Position numbers and translations under genes: made by a program. The notes below the pieces were generated by a model. It did not search any database. It was not told the DNA's origin and saw only the letters and a list, made by a program, of their open reading frames with translations. Positions 45,148-55,765 of a stretch of 64,000 bases of DNA are shown piece after piece. The stretch's first letter is position 1. Every line of letters begins with the position of its first letter. The DNA lies in the NCBI GenBank assembly GCA_964527765.1, contig CAZGQR010000001.1:118353-182352 (forward strand), read 5' to 3'. The stretch comes from an uncultured Planctomycetia bacterium. Its GTDB lineage: Bacteria > Omnitrophota > Gorgyraeia > Tantalellales > Tantalellaceae.

Positions 45148-46507
45148 GTTTTCTCTTTATTTCTTCAACAATATCTCCGGATACTTCCCTGATGTCCCCG
45201 GCGCCAAGCACCAGGATCACGTCGTCATCTCTGGCAATATCCGAGATGATCTCCGGAACGTCTTTTTTGCCCGCAAGATCGATCCTTTCGAAGCGGCTTT
45301 TATCCATTGCCTCGTATATGTCCCTCACCCTGACTTCCTCGACCTTATCTTCATCAGCCGAATATATATCCGTCAGCACGAGCACATCTGAACCGTAGAA
45401 GCAATCGGAAAATTCACGCATCAGGTCCCGCGTCCTGGAGTAGCGATGCGGCTGGAAAACGGTCACGATCCTGCCTTTCGTGTAGCCGCGGGCTGCCGCT
45501 ATCACCGACCGCAGTTCCGTCGGATGATGAGCGTAATCCTCCACCACTTCTATGCTGCCTATCCTGCCGACCGAGTCAAACCTTCTTCTAACCCCGCTGA
45601 ACGAACTGACGGCCGCGGTGATCCCGTCAAGACCGAATCCCGCTTCGATGCCCGCAGTTACCGCCCCCAGGATGTTCATCAGGTTATACCGCCCTATAAG
45701 AGAGCTTGAGACCCTGCCACTATCTTTGCCCCGCATGATCAGCTCGAATTCTATCGATCTGGCACAGGTATGATCGCGGCATGTCACGTCGAATTCGCCG
45801 TCTATGCCAAAACTTATCTTCCTGGCTGCGGTAGCGCCGGCAATAGACCTGAGCGCGGGGTCTTCTCCGTTGAAGACGAAAAAACCTTTCGGCGAAATGC
45901 CCCCGGCAAATCCCTTGTATGCGTCCACGAGTTTTTCCAGAGAGCCGTAGTGCTCCATGTGTTCCCTTTCGACATTCGTCACCACAGCGCATGTCGCCCC
46001 GGTATTCCGGAAATATCCGTCACTTTCGTCGACTTCAGCAACGACCGTGTCACCATGGCCGAATTTCGCGTTACTCCCGAAATTCCCCATTTCGCCGCCG
46101 ACAATGACCGTGGGGTCTTTTCCGCAATATTCCGCGATATGCGCCACAAGCGCGCTTGTCGTTGTCTTGCCGTGCGTCCCGGTAACCGCTATGGAAAAAG
46201 GGAAGCTGTCCATAATCCTCTTGAGCATTTCGCTTCTCGATATGACGGGCGCGCCCAGCTCGTGCGCCTTTTTCACTTCAGGATTATCTTCCCTGATACA
46301 CGTCGTCCTCACCACAAGGTCCACATCCCCCGGAACATTGACCGCCGAGTGCCCCTGATGTATCGTAGCGCCTTTTTGGCGCAGCCTGTCCGTCAGGTCG
46401 TTGGGCCTCAGGTCCGATCCTGTCACGACATCGCCCTTCGCCAGATGTACATCGGCCAGAGCGCTCATGCCTATTCCGCCTATTCCTATAAAATGTATCT
46501 TTTTCAT
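45116..46507 (-). CDS. murC: UDP-N-acetylmuramate--L-alanine ligase
   Basis: HFIGIGGIGMS, GTHGKTTT, EVDESD, DYAHHPTE, FQPHRYSR. Confidence 0.98.
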   Translation of the reverse strand: MKKIHFIGIGGIGMSALADVHLAKGDVVTGSDLRPNDLTDRLRQKGATIHQGHSAVNVPGDVDLVVRTTCIREDNPEVKKAHELGAPVISRSEMLKRIMDSFPFSIAVTGTHGKTTTSALVAHIAEYCGKDPTVIVGGEMGNFGSNAKFGHGDTVVAEVDESDGYFRNTGATCAVVTNVEREHMEHYGSLEKLVDAYKGFAGGISPKGFFVFNGEDPALRSIAGATAARKISFGIDGEFDVTCRDHTCARSIEFELIMRGKDSGRVSSSLIGRYNLMNILGAVTAGIEAGFGLDGITAAVSSFSGVRRRFDSVGRIGSIEVVEDYAHHPTELRSVIAAARGYTKGRIVTVFQPHRYSRTRDLMREFSDCFYGSDVLVLTDIYSADEDKVEEVRVRDIYEAMDKSRFERIDLAGKKDVPEIISDIARDDDVILVLGAGDIREVSGDIVEEIKRKRNYSGTRNMT

Positions 46508-47610
46508 GCTCTGCCTTTGGCAAGTTTTACGATCTCTTCCGCCAGTATCTTTCCCGCTCCGGGGACGCTCAATTCCCGCGCAGCCCGCGAAATGCGTTCG
46601 CGCCGCGGACCGTCCGTCAATATTCCGAGCACTTCACCGGCCAGGTCTTCGCGGGACAGATCGTTCTCTTCTTTGTAAACAGCCGCACCGGCCTGCGAAA
46701 AATACATCGCGTTGGACCTCTGGTTGTTCTTGGGATTCGGATAAGGCACCAGGATCATCGCCCTCGCGTAAAAAGCCAGCTCAAATACAGCGGCAGCCCC
46801 GGACCTGCTTATGGCAAGATCACTGGCGGCGTAAGCGTCATCGATCCTTTCCAGGAACGAAAATACCTTGCCGGGGATCTTATTCTCCTCATAAAACCGT
46901 TTTACATGCTCGTAATCCTTTTTTCCCGCGAGGTGAATAAACTGTATGGCATCGCCCTTTTCTTCCTTTATGTGCCGTGCGACCTCGGAAACGGTCCTGT
47001 TCAAAAAGGAAGATCCCTGGCTGCCCCCCATTATCAGTACTGTTAATTTTTCCGGAGACACACCGAGACGCTGAGCTGATCTTACCCTATCGTTCGACAA
47101 CATGTCAAGCCGCAGTGGATTCCCCGAATAAACTATCTTGCCCGCAGCGCGGGGAAAGTACCTGGCCGAATCCTTAAAGCTGACCGCCACGCGGTCGGCA
47201 AGACGGCTTAATATCCTGTTCGCCCTGCCGGGCAAAAGGTTCTGTTCATGTATAAGAACGGGGATCCTGAACATCCGCGCAACGCCGACAATAGCCCCGG
47301 AAGAATATCCGCCGAAACCCACCACTACATCAGGCCTGAGCTTTATGATAAGATACAGCGATCTTGCAGTATCCAAGAAAAGTTTCGACACAAAAATCGC
47401 GGCCCGCACCGGGTCAAGGTTCAAGGGCATGGGATTCACGGACAGAAAAAAACACCGGTGTTTGCTGCCTGCCAGGATATTCCTGTCCAGCTGCCTTTTA
47501 CTCGAAATAAAAAATATCTCTCTTACTCCGACTTTTTTAAGCTCCGAAGCCAGTGCGACAGAAGGAAAAATATGCCCCCCGCTCCCCCCGGCAGCCAGTA
47601 TGACCCTCAT
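46504..47610 (-). CDS. murG: Lipid II GlcNAc transferase
   Basis: GGSGGHIFP, GFGGY, HEQN, GNPLR, GGSQG. Confidence 0.97.
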   Translation of the reverse strand: MRVILAAGGSGGHIFPSVALASELKKVGVREIFFISSKRQLDRNILAGSKHRCFFLSVNPMPLNLDPVRAAIFVSKLFLDTARSLYLIIKLRPDVVVGFGGYSSGAIVGVARMFRIPVLIHEQNLLPGRANRILSRLADRVAVSFKDSARYFPRAAGKIVYSGNPLRLDMLSNDRVRSAQRLGVSPEKLTVLIMGGSQGSSFLNRTVSEVARHIKEEKGDAIQFIHLAGKKDYEHVKRFYEENKIPGKVFSFLERIDDAYAASDLAISRSGAAAVFELAFYARAMILVPYPNPKNNQRSNAMYFSQAGAAVYKEENDLSREDLAGEVLGILTDGPRRERISRAARELSVPGAGKILAEEIVKLAKGRA

Positions 47611-47611
47611 A

Positions 47612-48697
47612 TCACTCCGCCCTTCTCGCCATGTTAAAAATGAGCCCCATCGCCGCGAGGTGGGTCACAAGAGAGCTGCCGCCGTAACTTATGAACGGTA
47701 ATGGAAGTCCCTTTGTGGGCAACATCCCCACTGATACGCCGATATTGACTATGACCTCAAAAGCTATCATCACGCTTATCCCGAGGATCACGCGCGACGC
47801 GAACTGTTCCTTGACCTTAAAAGAGAGCCGCAATAAAAACCATATTAATATCGCGAAAAGCATAAGCACGGATGCGGCCCCCAGAAAGCCCAGCTCTTCA
47901 CCGATTATGGAAAACACAAAATCCGTATGCGCCGCGGGGAGATAGAAAAGCTTTTGCTTTGATTCCCCCAGACCGACCCCCAAAAGACCGCCTGACCCCA
48001 GCGCTATAAACGACTGGATGAGCTGAAATCCCGCGCCCCTGGCGTCCTTCCAGGGATTAAAAAACGTCAATATGCGCCTGACCCGGTACGGCGCGCTTAT
48101 CACGGCCAGGCAAAGGACCGGCAGTACCCCCATAGCGACGAATATCATGTGTTTCAAGCTGGCGCCCGAGACGAACATCATGGTAAACCCTATGAACAGT
48201 ATGGCAACGGACGTCCCCATATCCGGTTCCATAAGGACCAGCCCCCCGACAAGACCGATGACGAAAAGGGGCGGAAGGAAACCATGTTTAAACTTATGCA
48301 TGAGGTATCTTTTCCGCGAGGTCAGGTCGGCAAGATAGATCACCAGCGCCAGTTTTGCCATCTCGGATGGCTGGATCCCAAATCCGAAAAAATGCATCCA
48401 CCTGCGCGCTCCTCCGACCTCCCTCCCTATCCCCGGCACGAGTACGGCAATAAGAAGGATAATGAAAAATGCCATGATCTTCCCGGCATTATCGGCTATC
48501 TTTTCGACGGGAACCGCCATGCAGAACACCGCAGCGATCAGTCCCGCGACCAGGTAGACCAGGTGTCTTTTTACAAAATACATGCTGTCGTCGTATCTCC
48601 CGTGCGCGTAGACCGCGCTCGAGGAGTATATCATGACCATCCCGACCATGATCAGCAGGGATACTACCAGGAGTATTATCCTGGCGTCTCTATTCAT
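47612..48697 (-). CDS. ftsW: SEDS protein FtsW
   Basis: GARRW, QPSEMAK, EPDMGT, LPAAHTDF, SYGGSS; start at ATG 48697. Confidence 0.96.
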   Translation of the reverse strand: MNRDARIILLVVSLLIMVGMVMIYSSSAVYAHGRYDDSMYFVKRHLVYLVAGLIAAVFCMAVPVEKIADNAGKIMAFFIILLIAVLVPGIGREVGGARRWMHFFGFGIQPSEMAKLALVIYLADLTSRKRYLMHKFKHGFLPPLFVIGLVGGLVLMEPDMGTSVAILFIGFTMMFVSGASLKHMIFVAMGVLPVLCLAVISAPYRVRRILTFFNPWKDARGAGFQLIQSFIALGSGGLLGVGLGESKQKLFYLPAAHTDFVFSIIGEELGFLGAASVLMLFAILIWFLLRLSFKVKEQFASRVILGISVMIAFEVIVNIGVSVGMLPTKGLPLPFISYGGSSLVTHLAAMGLIFNMARRAE

Positions 48698-50033
48698 GCG
48701 AGATCCTCCTGACTTCCCTCTGAAACGCCTCCCCGCGCTGCTTATAATCGGAAAACATGTCAAAGCTTGAACACATCGGGGACAGCATGACGGCTTCACC
48801 TTTTTCGGCCGCGCTAAAAGCCATTTCCACGGCGCCGGCCATATCCTCCGCCGCGAGCACCGGCACGGCGGATGAAAAAGCGTTTTTTATCCTGTCGCGG
48901 GCTTCTCCGATAAGCACCACGGCCCTCACCTTTTGCCTTACCGTCGGCAAAACGGAAAGATAATCCCCTCCCTTGTCCCTGCCGCCCGCTATCAGGACCA
49001 CTTTTTTATCCATCGACTCCAGGGCCCGCCGGGTCGCGTCGATGTTAGTGGCCTTTGAGTCGTCAATGAACTCTACTCCGCGAAATGAACCTATCTTTTC
49101 GAACCTGTGGCTCAATCCCCTGAAGGTTTTTACGCCCTCACGTATAAAATGATCGTCCACCCCCATGATCCTGGAAATAAGAACGGAGCATGCGACATTA
49201 TCCAGGTTATGCCGCCCATTGAGCGGTATCTCTTCCTTTCTCAGTATAACTTTTTCCTCGCCGCCCGCGCGGATAGAAATGCCGTCTTCCTCGGCAACGA
49301 CTTCCGCCTCTTTCGGACCAAAAAACACGAGCCGGCTCTTTATTTCTTTTGTCGCCGGGTCGCTGCGAAGGTCCGAATGGAGAACGGCCCAATCTTCGGC
49401 CGACTGATTTTTAAAGATCCTGAATTTTTCGGCTTTATAAATATCGTAGTTGCCGTGCCTCCGGTAATGATCCTCAGAGATATTCAGCAGGGCAGCGACA
49501 TGCGGCCTGAACTCTTTTATTGTCTCAAGCTGAAAAGAGCTTACTTCCGCTACCGCCACGCTTTCTTTCGCAAGAAGGTGGACTTCGCCGCTCAAGGGGT
49601 TGCCGATATTGCCGCATACCACCGTATGCCTGCCCGAAAGGGAAAGTATCCTGCCTATAAGCTCTGTCGTAGTGCTTTTGCCGTTCGTTCCTGTCACGGC
49701 GATGATCGGCGCGGGACAAAACCGGTATCCCAATTCCAGCTCCCCTACAACGGGGATGTTCCTATCCCTGGCGATCGACAGGGGCAACGCCTGAGCATCG
49801 ATCCCCGGACTGGTGACTACAAGCTCGGCGCCGCCGCAAAAAGCTTCCGTATGCCCGCCTGTCTCGAACTGCATCCGGTAAGGCGCGAGCTTCTCCAGCC
49901 GCTGTCTTATTTCGTCCGTGTCATCGCTCTCGGTGACCCTGACCTTAGCGCCCTTTCGGGCGGCAAGTTCCGCAGCAGCGGAACCGCTCACCCCCAGGCC
50001 GACGACGAGCACTTTCTTATCTCTAAGCTCCAT
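48690..50033 (-). CDS. murD: UDP-MurNAc-L-Ala--D-glutamate ligase
   Basis: GLGVSG, GTNGKSTT, EVSSFQL, DDSKATN, SPMCSSFD. Confidence 0.98.
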   Translation of the reverse strand: MELRDKKVLVVGLGVSGSAAAELAARKGAKVRVTESDDTDEIRQRLEKLAPYRMQFETGGHTEAFCGGAELVVTSPGIDAQALPLSIARDRNIPVVGELELGYRFCPAPIIAVTGTNGKSTTTELIGRILSLSGRHTVVCGNIGNPLSGEVHLLAKESVAVAEVSSFQLETIKEFRPHVAALLNISEDHYRRHGNYDIYKAEKFRIFKNQSAEDWAVLHSDLRSDPATKEIKSRLVFFGPKEAEVVAEEDGISIRAGGEEKVILRKEEIPLNGRHNLDNVACSVLISRIMGVDDHFIREGVKTFRGLSHRFEKIGSFRGVEFIDDSKATNIDATRRALESMDKKVVLIAGGRDKGGDYLSVLPTVRQKVRAVVLIGEARDRIKNAFSSAVPVLAAEDMAGAVEMAFSAAEKGEAVMLSPMCSSFDMFSDYKQRGEAFQREVRRISHE

Positions 50034-50044
50034 AAGTCTTAAAA

Positions 50045-50093
50045 GGCGGGACGGGTTTACTGCAGCAGCATAGCCCCGGACATAAACCCGTCC
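50045..50093. repeat. REP-like palindromic repeat, family A
   Basis: GGACGGGTTTA...TAAACCCGTCC hairpin; related copies at 58136-58183 and 63886-63935. Confidence 0.75.
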
Positions 50094-50107
50094 TTAATTT
50101 CCTAAAT

Positions 50108-51196
50108 CTACCGTACTTTGAGCGTTGCCATGCTCAAAAGCGCAAGGATGGCCGCTATGATCCAGAAACGTATAGTGATCTTGGATTCGTCCAGGCCCTT
50201 TATCTGAAAATGGTGATGGATCGGTGACATGAGAAAAAGGCGTTTCTTCCTCAGCCTGAACGACAATACCTGCAAAATGACGGATAGCGACTCTGCTACC
50301 AGCACTCCGCCGGCGATGAGCAATAAAAATTCCTTTTTGATCAGGACGCTCACGATCGCGATCGAACCGCCCAGGGAAAGCGCTCCTGTATCTCCCATAA
50401 AGACAGTCGCCGGGGGGCTGTTGAACCACAGGAACCCGAGTCCGGCTCCCGCCAGTGCCGCGCAGAAAACCGTCAGTTCACCCGAACCCGGCAGATAAAA
50501 GACCTGCAGGTACTTGCTGATACCCGCGTGCCCGGTGACATAACTGATGACCGCATAAGTAAGAGTAATAAAAACCACGCATCCGATCGCAAGGCCGTCG
50601 AGACCGTCCGTAAGATTCACGGCATTGGAAGTTCCTACGATCACCAGCAGGGTAAAAAGTATATAGAACACCCCGAGGTCGGCAACAGCGTTCTTAAGGA
50701 ACGGAAGATACAGGCCCGATCCTATACCCTTGTTGTTTATAATAAAAACACCGACGATCAGCGCAAGCACGACCTGGCCGGCCAACTTGGTCATCGCCCG
50801 GATCCCCCTGGCGCTCTTGCTCCTAAGCTTGATCAGATCGTCTATGAAGCCTATAATGCCGAGCCATACCATCCCACCGAGCACCAGAAAGACATAATCG
50901 TTATCCAGGCGGCACCATAACAGTGATGTGACAAGAACGGAAACAATGATAAGAAGCCCCCCCATCGTAGGGGTACCTTCCTTATGCTTGTGAAGATCAT
51001 ACAGGCCGCTTACGTGCTCCTTCCGGACATACTGGCCTATATTAAGGTCCTTGAGCCATTTTATGATAAAAGGGCCGGATATGAGACATATGGCAAATGA
51101 CGTGACCGCTGCCATGCTGGCGCGAAACGTGATGTATTTAAAGATATTAAACCCGAACCAGAATTCCCTCAAGGGGTACAGGATGTGGTAAAACAT
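50108..51196 (-). CDS. mraY: Phospho-MurNAc-pentapeptide transferase
   Basis: KEGTPTMGG, NAVNLTDGLDGLA, FMGDTG, PIHHHF. Confidence 0.98.
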   Translation of the reverse strand: MFYHILYPLREFWFGFNIFKYITFRASMAAVTSFAICLISGPFIIKWLKDLNIGQYVRKEHVSGLYDLHKHKEGTPTMGGLLIIVSVLVTSLLWCRLDNDYVFLVLGGMVWLGIIGFIDDLIKLRSKSARGIRAMTKLAGQVVLALIVGVFIINNKGIGSGLYLPFLKNAVADLGVFYILFTLLVIVGTSNAVNLTDGLDGLAIGCVVFITLTYAVISYVTGHAGISKYLQVFYLPGSGELTVFCAALAGAGLGFLWFNSPPATVFMGDTGALSLGGSIAIVSVLIKKEFLLLIAGGVLVAESLSVILQVLSFRLRKKRLFLMSPIHHHFQIKGLDESKITIRFWIIAAILALLSMATLKVR

Positions 51197-52545
51197 TTAA
51201 GCACTTCCTCCATTTTTGTCGCACGCGAACCTTTTAACAGGATCACCGTTCCGGGAGCAGCGATCCTCCGGATCATTTCGGCGGCATCTTCATGGCTCAC
51301 CGCCCGCAGGATGCGATCCTCCCCCATTCCCGACTCCGCCGCCCCCTCCGCAATGTGACCGGCGCCGGTGCCCAAAGTTATAAGAAAATCAATACCGCCG
51401 GCGGCTATGCTTCTCCCGATCATCTTATGGAACTCGCCGCTTCGGCTGCCCAGTTCCAGCATGTCGCCTGCCACCACGCCTTTAGGACCCCCGGCGCCAT
51501 TATCCTGCAGGACCTTAAGCGCGCATTCAAATGAATCGGGGTTCGCATTGTATGAATCGTTGATAAATACAAGATCGTTTATGTCCGTTTTTTCAAGGTG
51601 CATCTCCGGCAGGGATACCGTACCCAGGGCTCTCCGTATTTCTTCATGGTTTATCCCGAAATATTCTGCCACGCTGATCGCGGCCGCGGCGTTGTAAACA
51701 TTGTGCGCCCCTTCCAGCGGGAGAAAGAACCTGTTCCCGTTGAGAAAAAAATCGTATCCCCCTTCTTTTTTGAGGGGTCGGGTTATCAGAAAATCGCAGC
51801 CGGCTGACATTCCGTAAAACTTCTTCATGGTGCCCCTCGTGCCGACCCTTGCCAGAAGGCGGTCGTCTTTGTTCAGAAACGCTATCCCGGTATCAGGCAA
51901 AAAATCCAAAAGGCTTATTTTTTCGATAAAAACACCCTCCCTGTTAATGAAGAACTCCAGGTGTCCGTCCCCGACATTGGTGATGACCGCCATGTGCGGG
52001 GCGGCTATTTCTGCCAGCTTCGGGATCTCCCCGGGGTGATTCGTTCCCAGTTCCAGTATCGCGACATCATGCGACGGGTCCAGATCGAACAATGTGAGGC
52101 TCAGGCCTATGATATTGTTGTACGACTTCCTGTTGCTCAGGACATTGTACCTGGGGGAAAGAATACTGGACAAAATATTCTTTACCGTGGTCTTTCCGTT
52201 GGTTCCCGTTATGCAAACGACCGGAATATCCGCGCCCTTTCTTATCCCCGCCGCTATCATGGCCATTGCCTCGAGGGTATCTTCGACGACGATAACGTGA
52301 TCGACCATTTCCGAACAGGCGGGATCTGCCGGGCGTCCGACGATCAGGCCTGACGCGCCCTTTTCCGCAGCGTTGAGAACGAAATCATGCCCGTCAAAAT
52401 TACTACCCTTTACAGCTATGAAAAGTTCGCCGGGCCTTATCGTGCGGGAGTCTATCGAAAAACCCCTGACGGGATCCTCCGGCTTCTTCGACGAGAGTTT
52501 GCCGCCCGTCATCCGCGCTACATCATTTACGCTAAGCTTGATCAT
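51169..52545 (-). CDS. murF: UDP-MurNAc-tripeptide--D-Ala-D-Ala ligase
   Basis: IDSR, GTNGKTT, ELGTNHPGEI, DSYNANP, KGSR. Confidence 0.97.
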   Translation of the reverse strand: MIKLSVNDVARMTGGKLSSKKPEDPVRGFSIDSRTIRPGELFIAVKGSNFDGHDFVLNAAEKGASGLIVGRPADPACSEMVDHVIVVEDTLEAMAMIAAGIRKGADIPVVCITGTNGKTTVKNILSSILSPRYNVLSNRKSYNNIIGLSLTLFDLDPSHDVAILELGTNHPGEIPKLAEIAAPHMAVITNVGDGHLEFFINREGVFIEKISLLDFLPDTGIAFLNKDDRLLARVGTRGTMKKFYGMSAGCDFLITRPLKKEGGYDFFLNGNRFFLPLEGAHNVYNAAAAISVAEYFGINHEEIRRALGTVSLPEMHLEKTDINDLVFINDSYNANPDSFECALKVLQDNGAGGPKGVVAGDMLELGSRSGEFHKMIGRSIAAGGIDFLITLGTGAGHIAEGAAESGMGEDRILRAVSHEDAAEMIRRIAAPGTVILLKGSRATKMEEVLKCFTTSCTP

Positions 52546-53999
52546 CGATATCCCAATTCCCCAAGCACGTGCCTTGCTATTTCCTTATCATCAAAATGCA
52601 CCACCCGGGCCCCTATGATCTGATGGTCTTCATGTCCTTTTCCGGCAATGACCACGATATCCCCTTCACCGGCCATTTTCAGGGATTCCCGAATGGCAGG
52701 GCGCCTTTGTTTTATTATACTATAGTTATTTTTGCCAAGCATCCCCTTTTCTATCTGATCCAGGATCTCCCCCGGATCTTCCGTTCTCGGATTATCGTTC
52801 GTCAGTATCACGTGGTCACAGATATCGCTTGCGATCTTCCCCATCAGAGGCCGTTTTGCCCTGTCCCGGTCGCCGCCGCAGCCAAACACACAGATGAGAT
52901 CTTTCGGCGTCAGCGCACGCAAACACCGCAAGACGCTTTCCAGGGCGTTCGGGGTATGCGCGTAGTCCACAAAAACCCTGAAAGGAGCGTTTGTCTCGAC
53001 AGCGTCCAGGCGCCCGGGCGGCGGCGAGGCATTTTCCAGGCCCGTTTTTATCTCATCAAAGCCCAATCCGCTGTTCAAAAGAGCCCCTGTTGCCGCCAGC
53101 ATATTATAGACGTTATATTCCCCTATAAGGCCGGTACGCACATGCGTTGAGCCGAGTTTTCCGGCGGTCAGATCGAACTCCGTCCCGTCGATGGATAAGC
53201 GGATATTTTCAGCCCTGACATCCGCGGCGCCCGTCATCCCGAACGTTACCAGGCGCGGAAAATCCATGGTCTTTGCCAGGCCGCCCACCATGGGGTCGTC
53301 CAGGTTCAAAACAGCTGTACCGTCAGGTTTCAGGTTCCGGAAGATCCTGGATTTATCCCTCAAATATGTCTCCATGTCCTTATGGTAATCCAGGTGTTCC
53401 GGGGTTATATTGGTAAATACCGCGCTGTCCAGCCCTATTCCCCAGACCCTCCGCTGGTCAAGCGCATGACTGGATATCTCGAGGACCGCCGCCCGCTTAT
53501 TACCCGCGATCATCCCGGATAAAAGACCGTTCAGGGTCATGGGATCCGGAGTGGTCATAGATGAACGGTCAAGAACATCTCCCGATGTTCTGGTAAAAAC
53601 CGTGCTTACCAATCCGCTGTCCATGCCGGCACCGTTAAGGATGGCGTCTATAAGGAATACCGCTGTCGTTTTCCCATTGGTCCCGGTAACGCCATAAACA
53701 GAAAGGGAGTCGGACGGGTTTTCGAAAACGCGCCTGGCTATGCGTCCGAGAGCTTCGCGGGTATCCTCGACAATAACGATCTTCTCGCGGTCCTTTTCGG
53801 ATAACCCGGACGGCTCGGTACTGCATAACGCGTGCGCCGCGCCCTTTTTAAAAGCCTCGCGGATATAATCGTGCCCGTCATGCGTCACGCCTTTTATCGC
53901 AACAAAGATATCACCGGCTTTGACTTCACGCGAATCCGTCTTTACATTTCGCCTGGTAAGCGATATTGCTCCAAACAACATGTCCGCTGGATCGTGCAT
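52542..53999 (-). CDS. murE: UDP-MurNAc-dipeptide--meso-DAP ligase
   Basis: GTNGKTT, EISSH, DYAHTP, DNPR (DAP type), AGKGHE. Confidence 0.97.
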   Translation of the reverse strand: MHDPADMLFGAISLTRRNVKTDSREVKAGDIFVAIKGVTHDGHDYIREAFKKGAAHALCSTEPSGLSEKDREKIVIVEDTREALGRIARRVFENPSDSLSVYGVTGTNGKTTAVFLIDAILNGAGMDSGLVSTVFTRTSGDVLDRSSMTTPDPMTLNGLLSGMIAGNKRAAVLEISSHALDQRRVWGIGLDSAVFTNITPEHLDYHKDMETYLRDKSRIFRNLKPDGTAVLNLDDPMVGGLAKTMDFPRLVTFGMTGAADVRAENIRLSIDGTEFDLTAGKLGSTHVRTGLIGEYNVYNMLAATGALLNSGLGFDEIKTGLENASPPPGRLDAVETNAPFRVFVDYAHTPNALESVLRCLRALTPKDLICVFGCGGDRDRAKRPLMGKIASDICDHVILTNDNPRTEDPGEILDQIEKGMLGKNNYSIIKQRRPAIRESLKMAGEGDIVVIAGKGHEDHQIIGARVVHFDDKEIARHVLGELGYR

Positions 54000-54031
54000 A
54001 TCTTTCTCGTGTATTTACTCCCGGTTAAAAT

Positions 54032-55735
54032 TCACGGCCTGTTTGATTTCTTGCCCGCATATGAAGGGACTGCCTTATTCGAATCCAGGTACTGCAACGT
54101 ACGCTCTGTTATCCTTTTAAAGGTCGGCCCGGCAACACTGCCGCCAAAATGGACAGGATGCGGATCGCGCGCGGTCACGACAATACTGACAGCGGGAAGC
54201 TCCATCGGGGCGAACCCTACAAATGTGGCATTGTACTTATCGGGATAATATCCTCCCGCGGGATTGACCATCTGGGCGGTTCCTGTCTTTCCGCAGGTAT
54301 CATAAAGCTTGGACCTGGCCCGCCTGCCGGTGCCGTCAGTCACCACGCGGCGCAAGGCATCCTTCATCTTCTCACAGGTATATTCGCTCAATACCCTGCG
54401 TCTCGTAACGGGCTCGAACCGCCTGTATGTTTCTCCCTCCCAGGTCGTTACCCGATCCACCACGTACGGCCTTACAAGGTATCCGCCGTTTGCTATGACG
54501 CTTATCGCGCATACCATCTGGAGGGGCGTGACAGCTATGCCCTGGCCTATCGGTATGGTGGTTATATCGCTGCGGGACCATACTGCGGGAGGCCTGCTTA
54601 TGCCGCTTACTTCTCCGGGAAGATCAACGCCGGTTTTTTCCCCAAAACCGAACCTGCGGATATAGTCATAAACCTTTTCTTCGCCCAGTTCCTGAGCTAC
54701 CTTAACCGTCCCGATATTGCTTGACTTCGCTATCACGTCGAGGAAGGACAGTTCCCCGTAGCGGTGATAGTCGTGCAATATCCTTCCGCCCGTGCTATAT
54801 TCCCCGTTTTCGCAATAGACCCGCGTCTCAAAATCAACCGTTCCTTCGTTAAGGGCCGCGCTGGCCGTAACTATCTTGAAAACGCTGCCGGGTTCGTAAA
54901 CACTGGAAACGGCTTCGTTCTTCATGAATTCCCGGGGCGCCCTGAAAGAGGCGTTGAGGTCATAATCCGGATAGTTCGCCAGCGCCAGGATACTTCCGGA
55001 AAACGGGTCCATGACAATGACGGAACCGCTGGAAGCGCGGAATTCCCTCACCATCTTCCTCAGTTCCTCTTCGGCTATACACTGCACAACACTGTCGATC
55101 GTCAGAACAAGGTTAAAACCGTTTTGAGGCGGAATGGATTCTTCCTCGTTGAAGAGAACCGCCCTTTTCTTCGCGTCCCTCACCAGATGTTTCCATCCCG
55201 GTTTTCCCTTGAGCTTTTCGTCAAAAAATAATTCGAGCCCTTCAAGCCCCTCATTGTCGATCCCGACAAATCCGATAACGTGCGCCGCCATGTTGTCATT
55301 CGAGTAATTTCTCTCGCTTTCATTCAGAAAATGCACCCCTGGCAGATCCAGATCTTTCACTTTTTTCGCTGTTCTGTCGTCGATCTTGCGCTTAACCCAT
55401 ATGAATCCCTTATCCCTCCTGAGCTTTTCTAAAAGGTCCCCGCGGTCCACGCGAAGAACCCCTGAAAGGATGTCCGCCGTCCGTTCTTTATCTTTGATGT
55501 TCCTGGGCTCGCAATAAACGCTCGGCACATCCAGATTTATGGCCAGCGGTTCCATGTACCTGTCGAATATGGTGCCCCGGTGGGGCTCCACCTTCAATAC
55601 CTTTCTGTGCTGTTCGGAGGCAAGTCCTGAAAACCTTTCAAAGCTGAGAACCTGCAAATAGAACAGCCTGACAAGCAAAGATAAAAGGAGTGATATAAGG
55701 AAGAAGAACACCAAATACTGGCGCGACCTGATCAT
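54032..55735 (-). CDS. ftsI: Division transpeptidase PBP3
   Basis: RGTIFDR, EPGSVFK, SSN, KTGTAQ; dcw position. Confidence 0.95.
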   Translation of the reverse strand: MIRSRQYLVFFFLISLLLSLLVRLFYLQVLSFERFSGLASEQHRKVLKVEPHRGTIFDRYMEPLAINLDVPSVYCEPRNIKDKERTADILSGVLRVDRGDLLEKLRRDKGFIWVKRKIDDRTAKKVKDLDLPGVHFLNESERNYSNDNMAAHVIGFVGIDNEGLEGLELFFDEKLKGKPGWKHLVRDAKKRAVLFNEEESIPPQNGFNLVLTIDSVVQCIAEEELRKMVREFRASSGSVIVMDPFSGSILALANYPDYDLNASFRAPREFMKNEAVSSVYEPGSVFKIVTASAALNEGTVDFETRVYCENGEYSTGGRILHDYHRYGELSFLDVIAKSSNIGTVKVAQELGEEKVYDYIRRFGFGEKTGVDLPGEVSGISRPPAVWSRSDITTIPIGQGIAVTPLQMVCAISVIANGGYLVRPYVVDRVTTWEGETYRRFEPVTRRRVLSEYTCEKMKDALRRVVTDGTGRRARSKLYDTCGKTGTAQMVNPAGGYYPDKYNATFVGFAPMELPAVSIVVTARDPHPVHFGGSVAGPTFKRITERTLQYLDSNKAVPSYAGKKSNRP

Positions 55736-55765
55736 TGTTCCTCGTAACGGTTTGATGTAATAATC

